From Armatimonadota bacterium (lineage in GTDB: Bacteria > Vulcanimicrobiota > JACPDS01 > JBDRKI01), in the NCBI GenBank assembly GCA_043814095.1, contig JBDRKI010000127.1, positions 1-27,802 on the forward strand: a stretch of DNA of 27,802 bases, in the 5' to 3' direction. Under the pieces are notes generated by a model, which did not search any database, was not told where the DNA came from, and saw only the letters and a program-made list of their open reading frames with translations. The stretch's first letter is position 1, and each line of letters starts with the position of its first letter. The position numbers and the translations under genes are program-made. Shown here in pieces: positions 7,118 through 16,922 of the stretch.

Positions 7118-9427
7118 TTATTCTTCGTTTGAATCCCGGCTGCCCTGAAGGGTCAATATCTTTCTGGGCTTGCTTCCTTCGGCAGGGCCTACAACGCCCC
7201 GCTCTTCAAGTATATCCATAATCCTGCCGGCTCTTGCATATCCTATGCGGAGCTTTCTCTGAAGATATGATGTGGATGCCTGGCCTGTTGAGGTTATAAG
7301 GTTTATGGCTTCGTTTAAAAGGGTGTCATCCCCGTCTTCTGATGTTATATCTTTACCTGTTTCTTCTGTTGATACTAATTTTATCATATTGGGAGGATCA
7401 GGCTGGTTTGCCCAGAAATCAACTACTCTTTCAAGCTCATCCTGGTCAATATACGCGCCCTGGATCCTTCTGGGGTCGGCTTCATCTATTGGAAGGTAAA
7501 GCATATCTCCCCTGCCCAGCAGTTTTTCCGCGCCCTGCCTGTCAATTATAGTTCTTGAATCTATCTGTGATGATACGGCAAACGCTATCCTTGAAGGCAC
7601 GTTTGCTTTAATAAGACCGGTTATAACATCAACGCTCGGACGCTGTGTGGCAAGTATAAGGTGGATGCCTGAAGCGCGCCCTAACTGGGCAAGACGGCAA
7701 ATGGATGTTTCAACAGTTGCGGCGCTTAAAAGCATAAGGTCGGCAAGCTCGTCTATTACCAGGAAGAGGTATGGCATTTTCTCAAGATTCTTGCTCCTGC
7801 AGTGCGCGTTATACTCATAAATATTCCTGGCGCGGACTTCTGCAAACCTTTTATAGCGTTTATCCATCTCAACGGTTAGCTGTCTTAATGCAAGTGTTGC
7901 TTTTTTGGGATCTGTTACTATGCGCTGGCCTTCCGAGAAATCATTCTCAACCAGGTGAGGTATGCCTTCATAAAGTATTAATTCAACTCTTTTAGGGTCT
8001 ATCATAAGGAACTGTACCTGTGAAGGGTCATATTTAAATAATATACTTGTTATAACTGTGTTTATGCATACTGTTTTACCCGAGCCGGTAGCGCCCGCTA
8101 TTAAAAGATGGGGCATCTTTATTAAACTGTCCACAATGGGATTACCGGTTATATCCTTGCCCAGTCCGAGAGGAACTTCCTGGCCTCTTTTAAACTGGCG
8201 GCTCTCCAGTATGTCTTTTATATGCACAGGGTCTATGCTTTTATTGGGTATTTCAATGCCTATGGCGCTTTTGCCGGGTATAGGCGCTTCTATTCTTATG
8301 GACTGAGCGGCAAGAACAAGAGCAATATCGTTTGAAAGATTTGTTATCCTGCTTACCTTTACTCCCCTTGCCGGCTGGAGCTCATATCTTGTGACAGTCG
8401 GGCCCCTTTCTATATGAATAACCCTGGCATCAACTCCGAAACTCTGCAGGGTATCAACAAGAAGCTGGGAATAGTCACTAATAACTTTATTTCTGCTTGA
8501 CTTCTTTATGCCTTTTAATATGTTTGTGGGCGGGAGCCTGTATTTAATTTTTCTTGCCGGAGACATTGTTTCGGAAGATGCGGATGATTTATCCTTAACC
8601 GCCCTGATTGAACCGGGAAATAACTCTATCTGATCCTGCGGTTCTTCCGACTCCTCTGCCTGATGCGAAGAAACAGCTTTATCCAGAGGGGGCTTTACTT
8701 CTTCTTCCTTAAAAGCAACCGACTGGACCTGAGGTATTGGCTCTTCTTCTTCTTCTATCTCTTCTTCTATCTCTTCTTCGTCATCTTCTTTATTCTCATC
8801 TTCCGGATATATGGTAAGCTGTTTTACTTTAGGTGCGAATTTAGGAATGCTTATTTTCGGAATCTTTACGCTTTTTATAAATCTGAAAAGATGAGAGAAA
8901 AGAAAAGCTATCCCTTTGGCAGTCAGGGTAAAAATATCCGCCATCAGATTGATAACATCTTTTAAAGAAAACTTCCCGAGCATTAAGAATGCCGATACAA
9001 AAAGAACAATAACAAAAACATAAGCTCCGAACGAGCCTATGGTTTTAAGCAGGAAGCTTGATATCCTGTGCCCTACGGCGCCTCCGTGCTGGGAGTAAAG
9101 ATGGAAAAATATGGCAAAATCAACCACTATAACAATAGATGATATAATTGACATCCATAAACTTAACGCGCCCTGCGGGTATATAAGGTGGATGCCTATA
9201 ACAATAAATATTAAAGGTACAATATAGTGAGCCCAGCCGAAAGCAAGGGTAAATATATCCTGGAAGAACATCGAAAACGAGCTGTTAATACCCGGGAATA
9301 TAAAACTTGCAAGCAGAAATACGCTGAAAGCTATAAGGAAAACGCCTACTATCTCAAGCCAGTAAGCTTCCCTTCCCTGCTTGTTAAGGGTATCTATATA
9401 TTTTCTTTTTATTTTTCTTCTCGCCAT
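7118..9427 (-). CDS. ftsK: DNA translocase FtsK/SpoIIIE
   Basis: N-terminal TM helices, MPHLLIAGATGSGKT Walker A, IDELADLM Walker B, ATQRPSVDVITG, gamma domain LQRKLRIGYARAGRIMD. Confidence 0.97.
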   Translation of the reverse strand: MARRKIKRKYIDTLNKQGREAYWLEIVGVFLIAFSVFLLASFIFPGINSSFSMFFQDIFTLAFGWAHYIVPLIFIVIGIHLIYPQGALSLWMSIISSIVIVVDFAIFFHLYSQHGGAVGHRISSFLLKTIGSFGAYVFVIVLFVSAFLMLGKFSLKDVINLMADIFTLTAKGIAFLFSHLFRFIKSVKIPKISIPKFAPKVKQLTIYPEDENKEDDEEEIEEEIEEEEEPIPQVQSVAFKEEEVKPPLDKAVSSHQAEESEEPQDQIELFPGSIRAVKDKSSASSETMSPARKIKYRLPPTNILKGIKKSSRNKVISDYSQLLVDTLQSFGVDARVIHIERGPTVTRYELQPARGVKVSRITNLSNDIALVLAAQSIRIEAPIPGKSAIGIEIPNKSIDPVHIKDILESRQFKRGQEVPLGLGKDITGNPIVDSLIKMPHLLIAGATGSGKTVCINTVITSILFKYDPSQVQFLMIDPKRVELILYEGIPHLVENDFSEGQRIVTDPKKATLALRQLTVEMDKRYKRFAEVRARNIYEYNAHCRSKNLEKMPYLFLVIDELADLMLLSAATVETSICRLAQLGRASGIHLILATQRPSVDVITGLIKANVPSRIAFAVSSQIDSRTIIDRQGAEKLLGRGDMLYLPIDEADPRRIQGAYIDQDELERVVDFWANQPDPPNMIKLVSTEETGKDITSEDGDDTLLNEAINLITSTGQASTSYLQRKLRIGYARAGRIMDILEERGVVGPAEGSKPRKILTLQGSRDSNEE

Positions 9428-9439
9428 AACACACCGCTC

Positions 9440-10627
9440 TTAACCGTTTAAGTATTCCCATGCCGCCTTCACGTGAATTGCGGCTCCGGTTTTCAGTATT
9501 TTTTCATCAAAATAGAATTCTTTATTATGCAGCTGTATATTTTTTCCTTTAATTCCCGAGCCCAGTTTTATAAACACGGAGGGAACTTTCCTTGAAAAAT
9601 AGGCAAAATCCTCCCCGCCGAGCATGGGTTTCGCAAGTTTTTGAACATTATTCCTGCCTAATAAATCTTTAAGATTTTTTGAAACAAAATCCGTCATGTT
9701 ATCATCATTAATTACGGTAGGATAACCGCCGGATAAATTAATGGAAAATTTCGCGTTATATTTTTTTGTAAGTTTTTTAAGTTCATCCTTAACGACTTTA
9801 TGAACTTTCTTCCTTACATCTTCTTTTAATGTTCTTATTGTCCCGAAAAGCTCTGTCTTGTCGGAAATAATATTATGTTTTGTCCCGCCTTTTATCTTTC
9901 CTATGGTTATAACAACCGGATACGGCTTATTATCAAACTTGTCCTTTATTTTATGAAGCGCCTCAATAACTTTTGAAGCTAATGATATCGTGTCAACGGC
10001 ATGCTCCGGATACGCGCCGTGCCCTGATTTGCCGAGCAGGGTTATCTCTACTTCATCCGCGAAAGCCGAACTTACGCCCTTTTTTAACGATATCTTTCCC
10101 GAGAGTATTGAAGGGAAAATATGAAGGCCAAACGCGGCGGAAACTTTAGGATTTTTTAAAACCCCTTCTTTTATCATTGGAAGCGCGCCGCCGGAAGTTT
10201 CTTCCGCGGGCTGGAAAACCAGCTTTATATTCCCCTTAATTTTATCCTTTAAGCCGTTTAATACAGCCGCCGCCCCTATAAGGCACGCGATATGCCCGTC
10301 ATGGCCGCACGCGTGCATAAAACCATCATGCCTGGAAGAAAAGGCAAGGCCTGTCTCTTCTTTAAGGGTTAAAGCATCCATATCCGCTCTTAAAAGAATG
10401 GTCCTGCCTTTTTCTTTTCCTTTTATTAAAGCGACAACACCGGTACCCGCAGAAGCTTTTATATCCTTTATGCCTATCTTTTTAAGACAGTTTTTTATAA
10501 AAGCGGAAGTTTTAAATTCCTTAAACCCCGGTTCGGGATACTGATGAATCCTCCGCCTTATCTTAACCATCTCAGGATATATACGGTTAATTTCTTTAAA
10601 TATATAATTATTTATGTCTTTACTCAT
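9440..10627 (-). CDS. M20D family amidohydrolase
   Basis: RRRIHQYPE, LRADMDAL, MHACGHDGH, FQPAEE and GGEDF motifs. Confidence 0.93.
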   Translation of the reverse strand: MSKDINNYIFKEINRIYPEMVKIRRRIHQYPEPGFKEFKTSAFIKNCLKKIGIKDIKASAGTGVVALIKGKEKGRTILLRADMDALTLKEETGLAFSSRHDGFMHACGHDGHIACLIGAAAVLNGLKDKIKGNIKLVFQPAEETSGGALPMIKEGVLKNPKVSAAFGLHIFPSILSGKISLKKGVSSAFADEVEITLLGKSGHGAYPEHAVDTISLASKVIEALHKIKDKFDNKPYPVVITIGKIKGGTKHNIISDKTELFGTIRTLKEDVRKKVHKVVKDELKKLTKKYNAKFSINLSGGYPTVINDDNMTDFVSKNLKDLLGRNNVQKLAKPMLGGEDFAYFSRKVPSVFIKLGSGIKGKNIQLHNKEFYFDEKILKTGAAIHVKAAWEYLNG

Positions 10628-10683
10628 AAAATTAATAATATTCCCTTAAATATTCTTTTTACCGCTTTGTATTTTTAAGCGAA

Positions 10684-11127
10684 TTAAATTAATACTTTAA
10701 TAAGGTCGTGCCTTGTTATTATGCCTGTAAGCTTGCCGTCTTTAAGCACCGGCACGCGGTTAACCTGCCTCTCAACCATTAAAGAAGCAACATCTTCAAC
10801 AGTCTCTTCTTCGGCTACCGTTAAAAGCTCTTTGGTCATAATCTGCTCTGCGGTATATGAAAGAATCTTTTTCAGTTCATCTTCCATCTCATGGGGCCTC
10901 GCAAGATAAATTATCCCACCCAGAAGCTGTATATGCGGAGGAAGATGCGGACCGGAGACCTTTGTAATAAGGTCTGTCTCGGAGACTATGCCAAGTATAT
11001 TATTCTCCTCATCCACAACAGGCAGACCGCTTATGTTTTTCTCATACAGCAGTTTCGCTATCTCCTTAACAGGCGTATCCGGCTTTACCGTAATAACATT
11101 TTTCTCCATTACTTCTTTTGCCAGCAT
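10684..11127 (-). CDS. CBS domain pair protein
   Basis: ISGLPVVD/GIVSETDL and RVPVLKDGKLTGIITRHDL. Start set at ATG 11127 (GGAGG RBS). Confidence 0.92.
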   Translation of the reverse strand: MLAKEVMEKNVITVKPDTPVKEIAKLLYEKNISGLPVVDEENNILGIVSETDLITKVSGPHLPPHIQLLGGIIYLARPHEMEDELKKILSYTAEQIMTKELLTVAEEETVEDVASLMVERQVNRVPVLKDGKLTGIITRHDLIKVLI

Positions 11128-11146
11128 GTTTTTTACCTCCAAAAAT

Positions 11147-12691
11147 TTATTTAATATCCCTTGTCTTTTTTATAACTTTTCCCAGCAGATTTATTATATC
11201 ACCTGCGAGCATTGATAAAGCATCATTATCTTTAATATATTTGTCCGCGCAGGCACCGTGCAGGTAAACGCTTAAAACAGACGCCTCCTCGGAATTTAAC
11301 CCCTGCGCCATAAAAGCGGCTGTCATCCCGCTTAAAACATCGCCCGAACCGGCCGTTGCAAGAGCGTTGTTCCCTGTATCATTAAAATAAAGGCGGTCTT
11401 CATTACATATTATACTGCAGTGTTTTTTATAGACAATAACGGCATTATAATCTTTCGCGGCTTTCTTAATATATTCCAAAAGCTTTGTATTTATATGTTC
11501 TACTTTCTTTTTCAGAAGCCTCGCGAACTCCAGAGGATGGGGAGTTAATACCCATCCCGATCTGTTTTTTACGCTTTTTAAAGCAGCTAAAGCATATAAG
11601 GCGTCAGCGTCAACAACCTTGGGAAGATTTATCTCTTTTATTATCTTTCCCGTAAGCTTTATAACTTCGGGATGCCTCCCTATCCCCGGGCCTATTAAAA
11701 TCACATCATAATTTTTAGATATATTTTTTATTTCATTAAAGGCTTTTACGGAAAAGTGCCCCCCTCTTGATTTTACGGGGTGCGTTATAACTTCCATGCT
11801 CTGGGCTTCAAAAGAAGCGTTAAGCTCGGAAGGTACGCATATACCCGCAAGCCCGGCTCCCGACCTTAAAGCGGCAATTGCGGATAATAACGGCGCACCG
11901 GTATAACCCGCGGAACCGCCTATTACAAGAACCTTGCCGCAGGACCCTTTATGAGCGTCTTGAGGTCTTACGGGCAGAAGCTTTTTAACCATAACGGAAT
12001 CTATCATATTATTCTTTATTTTTTCATCGGATAAAAGATCTTTCGTAAAACCTATATTCTCAATTGCCAGCTTCCCTCTGTGAAGAAGTCCGTCCGATAA
12101 AAAATGTCCCATCTTGGGAAGCCCAAAGGTTACGGTATAATCAGCCATTACTGCATTTCCCAGTATCCTTCCTGTATCTGCGCATATCCCGCTCGGCATA
12201 TCAACCGAAACTACTTCTTTATCATATTTTATTATAATTTCTATAACTTTAAGATATATGCCTTTTACTGTCTTATTTAATCCTGTGCCGAATATCCCGT
12301 CAATAATAAGGTCTGAATCTTTAACGGCTTCTTCTAAATCATGCAGGTCCTTAGGGCTGTTTATAAATTCGGGTTTTATGCCTATCTTGAGAAGGAAATT
12401 ATAATTTATACTGTTGTCTTTAGAAAGCTTCTCCGGCATGCCCGTTATAAATACCCTGACGGTTATATCATGGGCAAGAAGAAGCCTCGCCGTAACAAGA
12501 GCGTCCCCGCCGTTATTGCCGGAACCGGCCACAATAAGCACTTTCTTCTTATTTATATCTTTAACATTTTTAATTATGAAGTTATATACTGCAGAACCCG
12601 CTTTCTCCATCAAAATTGTGGATTCTACTTTACGTTCATTGATTGTAACAAAATCTATATCTCTCATCTTCTCCGCGGTTACCGCCTTCAT
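11147..12691 (-). CDS. nnr: Bifunctional NAD(P)H-hydrate epimerase/dehydratase
   Basis: YjeF_N motifs GSGNNGGD, DGIFGTG and DMPSG. Dehydratase motifs HKGSCG, DADAL, TPHPLE and ATAGSGDVLSG. Confidence 0.95.
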   Translation of the reverse strand: MKAVTAEKMRDIDFVTINERKVESTILMEKAGSAVYNFIIKNVKDINKKKVLIVAGSGNNGGDALVTARLLLAHDITVRVFITGMPEKLSKDNSINYNFLLKIGIKPEFINSPKDLHDLEEAVKDSDLIIDGIFGTGLNKTVKGIYLKVIEIIIKYDKEVVSVDMPSGICADTGRILGNAVMADYTVTFGLPKMGHFLSDGLLHRGKLAIENIGFTKDLLSDEKIKNNMIDSVMVKKLLPVRPQDAHKGSCGKVLVIGGSAGYTGAPLLSAIAALRSGAGLAGICVPSELNASFEAQSMEVITHPVKSRGGHFSVKAFNEIKNISKNYDVILIGPGIGRHPEVIKLTGKIIKEINLPKVVDADALYALAALKSVKNRSGWVLTPHPLEFARLLKKKVEHINTKLLEYIKKAAKDYNAVIVYKKHCSIICNEDRLYFNDTGNNALATAGSGDVLSGMTAAFMAQGLNSEEASVLSVYLHGACADKYIKDNDALSMLAGDIINLLGKVIKKTRDIK

Positions 12692-12695
12692 AAAA

Positions 12696-13061
12696 CTACC
12701 CCGCCTCTAATATTACGCTTGCCGCCGCGTATTCCTTGCAGTGTGAAAGACTTATCTGTATGTTTTTAACATTGTTTTTCCCCGCAAGCTCACAGGCTCT
12801 GCCGTGGAGTTTAACAAAAGGCGCGCCTTCCGGACCCGATATTATTTCTATATCCTTAAAATCAACCGGTACGGAAAGAGCCTTCATAACGGCTTCTTTC
12901 CCGCAGAACCTGGCCGCGAGATGAGCTGCCTCTCCTGCTTTGCCTCTTGAGTATTCCAGTTCTGAACTTGTGAATACCCTGTTAAGAAACTGATCTTTAT
13001 GCTTATCTATGGATTCTTTTATCCTGTTTATCTCTACAATATCCATACCTATCTTATACAT
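12696..13061 (-). CDS. acpS: Holo-ACP synthase
   Basis: GMDIVEINRI, LAARFCGKEAVMKAL and ISLSH motifs. Confidence 0.95.
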   Translation of the reverse strand: MYKIGMDIVEINRIKESIDKHKDQFLNRVFTSSELEYSRGKAGEAAHLAARFCGKEAVMKALSVPVDFKDIEIISGPEGAPFVKLHGRACELAGKNNVKNIQISLSHCKEYAAASVILEAG

Positions 13062-13151
13062 ATTAAAAACCCGCCAAAGCTTATTATTTAAGGGTTTTTC
13101 TACAATTGTACCCTTACTTCCTCTTTTATAGTATTATAATATTATTAAAGA

Positions 13152-13179
13152 TAAGGTATAGAAAATTAAGGTATAGAAA
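13152..13179. repeat. Tandem 13-bp direct repeat in the divergent acpS/diguanylate cyclase intergenic region
   Basis: TAAGGTATAGAAA at 13152-13164 and 13167-13179. Confidence 0.8.
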
Positions 13180-13262
13180 TACATAAGCAGGTAATTTTAT
13201 TACAAGATAGAAAGATTAATTAAAATAATATTATGATTTGAGGCATTAAAGAGGTATTAAAA

Positions 13263-15056
13263 TTGAAGAATTTATTCTTAAAAAGAGGGAAAATGTCAAT
13301 TTTAATAATAAGCCTGGTCCTGGGCTTATTAATGTATTTTCTTTACGCCTTAAATCTTTTCAGCTTCTGGGACTGGAAAGCGGCAGACTTTTTCTTTTAT
13401 ATAAGGCCTACCGTTGATACAAATCCCGACATTATAATTGTGGCAATTGACGATGAATCCATAAGTAAATTCGGCAAATTCCCGTGGGATACCAAGGTCC
13501 ACGCGAAACTTTTAAATAATCTGGCAAAACAAAAGCCTAAACTGATATGTTTTGATATACTTTTTGATAAACCGGATAAAAATCCTTACAGCGATCAATT
13601 ACTGGCCGAAGCCATGAAAAACGCCGGCAATGTCATATTGTCCATGGGATTTATAGCACAATCACGCCCTGCGGATTATTATAAACGGGATTCTGATATT
13701 ACCCTGGATATTGCCAGAGCGCGCATGCCTTTAAAAGAGTTCCGCGACGCGGCTCTTGATCTGGGTGTTACTAATATTTTTCCCGAAAAAGACGCTATAA
13801 ACAGAAAAATCTATCTCTCAATCCCCTTCGGAGACCAGAACTTCCTCTCTTTCGCGGCGGCGGCAGCCATGTACGCGATGAACCTGACAACCAAAGACAT
13901 TAAAATACTGCCAAACGATATCGATCCTAAAATTTTCTGTTTGGGCAAAGAACACATAAATCTTCACGGCGACGGCTGGACAATAATAAATTACTGCTAC
14001 GGCGTAAACAGGTTTTACAACATACCTTATTATGAAGTTTACGATAATACCACACCTAAAGATTTTTTTAAAGATAAAATAATACTGATCGGGAACACTG
14101 CCGCAGGTCTCGGCGATATGTGGGCTACTCCCATATGGCACGCCCTGCCCGGGGTAGAGATACAGGCGAATGTTCTTAATAATATATTTGACAATAATTT
14201 TTTAAAGAAAGATATTCCCGTAAAGAACTTTATAATCATAATAGTATTATCCATTATGCTCGGCATAACAACTTCCCTGTTCTCGCCGGTAAAAAACGCC
14301 TTATGCTCTATCGGCATGATACTGCTCTTCCTTATCTATTCATTCTGGCAGTTTACAGGCAATAATGTTATACTGCCCACGGCCACGGTGCTTATAACCA
14401 TAATATTCCTGTTCATTATTTTAAATATATTCAGGCTGGTATCCGAAGAACGCGAGAAAAAAGAAATAACGGTGGAAAAAGAAAAGTACTATGAAATGGC
14501 AACGGTTGACGGCCTAACCCAGCTTTATGTGGCCAGGTATTTCAGGCAGTGCCTGAAAGAAGAAGTGGAGAAAGCCCAGAAAGAAAACTTAACTTTAAGC
14601 TTTGTAATGGTGGATATAGACAACTTTAAAAAAGTAAACGACGTATACGGCCACGAACAGGGAAATATTGTCCTTAGGGAAACCGCCCAGATAATTAAAA
14701 ACGCCCTGCGGTCCCAGTCAGATATAGCGGCAAGGTACGGTGGAGAAGAAATAGCCATAATACTGCCAAACACGGAACCCGATACCGCTTTCCAGATAGC
14801 AAACAGGATAAGGGAAAGTATGGCTTCCCATAATTACTCGGGTTTTAAAGGATTCAAGCAGATAACGGCAAGCTTCGGGGTATCAAGCTACCCGCACCAC
14901 GCCCAGAACGAATCCGAACTTGTTGAACGCGCGGACGAAGCTTTATATACTTCAAAAAGAACGGGTAAAAACAAGGTTACAATGGGGCGGAAAAAAGTTG
15001 AAGGCGAAGAGTCTGCCCGTCCGGAAGAAGAACCGCCGCCTCAGGAAGATCATTAA
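13263..15056 (+). CDS. CHASE2-GGDEF diguanylate cyclase (start may be ATG 13293)
   Basis: CHASE2 motifs IIIVAIDDES, FPW, FDILF and PGVEIQAN, then three TM helices, then DGLT, DIDNFKKVNDVYGH and ARYGGEEI. Confidence 0.92.
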   Translation: MKNLFLKRGKMSILIISLVLGLLMYFLYALNLFSFWDWKAADFFFYIRPTVDTNPDIIIVAIDDESISKFGKFPWDTKVHAKLLNNLAKQKPKLICFDILFDKPDKNPYSDQLLAEAMKNAGNVILSMGFIAQSRPADYYKRDSDITLDIARARMPLKEFRDAALDLGVTNIFPEKDAINRKIYLSIPFGDQNFLSFAAAAAMYAMNLTTKDIKILPNDIDPKIFCLGKEHINLHGDGWTIINYCYGVNRFYNIPYYEVYDNTTPKDFFKDKIILIGNTAAGLGDMWATPIWHALPGVEIQANVLNNIFDNNFLKKDIPVKNFIIIIVLSIMLGITTSLFSPVKNALCSIGMILLFLIYSFWQFTGNNVILPTATVLITIIFLFIILNIFRLVSEEREKKEITVEKEKYYEMATVDGLTQLYVARYFRQCLKEEVEKAQKENLTLSFVMVDIDNFKKVNDVYGHEQGNIVLRETAQIIKNALRSQSDIAARYGGEEIAIILPNTEPDTAFQIANRIRESMASHNYSGFKGFKQITASFGVSSYPHHAQNESELVERADEALYTSKRTGKNKVTMGRKKVEGEESARPEEEPPPQEDH

Positions 15057-15061
15057 ATTTA

Positions 15062-15099
15062 AAATAAAGAACCCGCATTGTAAAGCGGGTTCTTTATTT
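15062..15099. terminator. Bidirectional terminator between the convergent cyclase and rpsI genes
   Basis: Perfect 15-bp inverted repeat AAATAAAGAACCCGC / GCGGGTTCTTTATTT with an 8-nt loop. Confidence 0.88.
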
Positions 15100-15116
15100 C
15101 TATTATCTTAAATTTA

Positions 15117-15545
15117 TTATCTCTTTGTCCACTGGAAGCTTTTTCTCGCTCTTTTTCTTCCGTATTTCTTTCTTTCCTTAACTCTCGGGTCTCTTGTTAA
15201 AAAACCAGCCTTTTTTAAAGCCGGGCGGTATTCGGGATCAACTTTTGTCAGCGCCCTTGCTATACCGTGACGGATAGCTCCGGCCTGACCGCCTACTCCG
15301 CCGCCTGAAGTGTTTGCTATAATATCAAACTTGCTTAAAGACTGCGTCATCTCCAAGGGCTGTCTTACGACTATTTCCCATACTTTTCTTTTTAAATACT
15401 CGCCGTAAGGTTTATCGTTTATGGTTATCTTTCCGGAACCCGGGAAAAGCCTTACTCTGGCTATAGAATTTTTTCTTCTGCCTGTAGCTGTTGTCGCCGT
15501 ATCGGGTGCAATTTTTACTTTCTGCTCTTCAGCTTTCTTAACCAT
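15117..15545 (-). CDS. rpsI: 30S ribosomal protein S9
   Basis: [30 protein letters not shown] and [14 protein letters not shown]. Confidence 0.98.
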   Translation of the reverse strand: MVKKAEEQKVKIAPDTATTATGRRKNSIARVRLFPGSGKITINDKPYGEYLKRKVWEIVVRQPLEMTQSLSKFDIIANTSGGGVGGQAGAIRHGIARALTKVDPEYRPALKKAGFLTRDPRVKERKKYGRKRARKSFQWTKR

Positions 15546-15555
15546 TTAATTCCTC

Positions 15556-16008
15556 CTACGCTAGAACTTCCGGATTATTTGCTTTATGCGGATGTGAGTC
15601 TCCGGCATATACTTTTAATCTTTTCATTCTTTTGTCTCTAAGTTTATTCTTCGGAAGCATACCTTTTACGGCGTGTTCTATTATCCTTGAGGGTCTCTTT
15701 AAAAGAAGTTCCTTCATTGATATCACTTTCAGCCCGCCGGGATAACCGGAATGCCTGTAATATTTCTTGTCTTCCTGTTTTCTGCCCGTGATTCTTATTT
15801 TACCGGCGTTCACAACAACAACAAAATCGCCTCTGTCTATGTCTCTAGCGTAGACAGGTTTGTTCTTGCCTGTTAAAATACCGGCAATTCTGGTAGATAA
15901 TCTGCCCAGGCTCTTGCCTTCGGCATCCATTACATACCAGCTTCTCTGCATAGTTTCTTTTTTAACAGTTTTTTTAGTTTTTTTCTTTACTTCAGTTTTC
16001 GTCTCCAT
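15556..16008 (-). CDS. rplM: 50S ribosomal protein L13
   Basis: WYVMDA, LGRL, GDFVVVVNA, YYRHSGYPGGLK and AVKGMLPKN. Confidence 0.98.
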   Translation of the reverse strand: METKTEVKKKTKKTVKKETMQRSWYVMDAEGKSLGRLSTRIAGILTGKNKPVYARDIDRGDFVVVVNAGKIRITGRKQEDKKYYRHSGYPGGLKVISMKELLLKRPSRIIEHAVKGMLPKNKLRDKRMKRLKVYAGDSHPHKANNPEVLA

Positions 16009-16055
16009 AATACATCACCTTTATATAAATTTAATACGGGGCTTATAACTGTAGT

Positions 16056-16084
16056 ATTTTAATATAATTAAGAAGGTATGTCAA
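16056..16084 (-). promoter_or_regulatory. Sigma70 promoter of rplM-rpsI
   Basis: Minus strand TTGACA - 17 nt - TAAAAT, preceded by an A-rich UP-like tract. Confidence 0.8.
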
Positions 16085-16113
16085 CATTTTTTTGTTTCTT
16101 TTTTGATTTTTTT

Positions 16114-16911
16114 TTACTTGCTGCGCCCTGCCGCCTCATATAAAAATACGGCGCAGGCTGCCGAAACATTCAAAGATTCCACATTTTCCTTAAGGGGAAG
16201 GCTCAAAACGGCATCGGAAATCTTCTCCGTAATGCCGGATATACCGGAAGATTCCCGGCCAAAAACAAATACAGAAGGATACTCAATCTTAAAGTCAGCC
16301 AGGGATTGTTTTGAATGCGAAGATGTGGAATATACCTTATATCCTTTATTTTTCAGTATTTTTAAGTCTTCCAGATCTTCAGATAAGTAAATATTAAGCT
16401 TAAAGACGGCTCCCGCCGAACCTCTTATAACTTTAGAATTATAGGGAGAAACAGACCCACCGGAAAGAATAATATCTTTTACCCCCATGGCAAGAGAAGT
16501 CCGCAATATCGTCCCTAAGTTGCCCGGATCTTTAATATTGTCGAGGCAAGCCACTATCCTGCCGGTTACAGCGCCCAAACCGCTTTTAAGAAGATTGACT
16601 CCGGCAAGAAGAAGAAAACCGGAAGAAGTTTCCACCTGGCTTATATGCTTTAAGAGTTTCTCATCAATAAGGTAGGTATCTTCTGTGCCGGTTATAAGCT
16701 TCTGGAAATAATCTTCATTTCTGTTTTTCAGGTAAAAATCTTTTGTAAGAAAAAAAGCTTTTAGAGGAATCTTACATTTTAAAACTTCCAGGACTACTCT
16801 TATTCCCTCAATAATAATAACGTTTTCCTGCCGGGAAAATGATGTTTTATGCAGGGCTTTTACGTATTTAATAAGTTTATTTTCTTTTGACTGTATTTGT
16901 TTAAAATTCAT
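16114..16911 (-). CDS. TrmH/SpoU family RNA 2'-O-methyltransferase
   Basis: DPGNLGTILRT, VFGRESSGIS and ESLNVSAA SPOUT motifs. Confidence 0.93.
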   Translation of the reverse strand: MNFKQIQSKENKLIKYVKALHKTSFSRQENVIIIEGIRVVLEVLKCKIPLKAFFLTKDFYLKNRNEDYFQKLITGTEDTYLIDEKLLKHISQVETSSGFLLLAGVNLLKSGLGAVTGRIVACLDNIKDPGNLGTILRTSLAMGVKDIILSGGSVSPYNSKVIRGSAGAVFKLNIYLSEDLEDLKILKNKGYKVYSTSSHSKQSLADFKIEYPSVFVFGRESSGISGITEKISDAVLSLPLKENVESLNVSAACAVFLYEAAGRSK

Positions 16912-16922
16912 AAATCCCGCTT

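Noticed and set aside
8741-8800. TCT/TCTTCTTCTATC repeats
   Set aside because: They encode the acidic low-complexity FtsK linker, which is ordinary.
15949-16008. Lys/Thr-rich N-terminus of L13
   Set aside because: L13 N-termini vary in length and composition; not enough to claim novelty.
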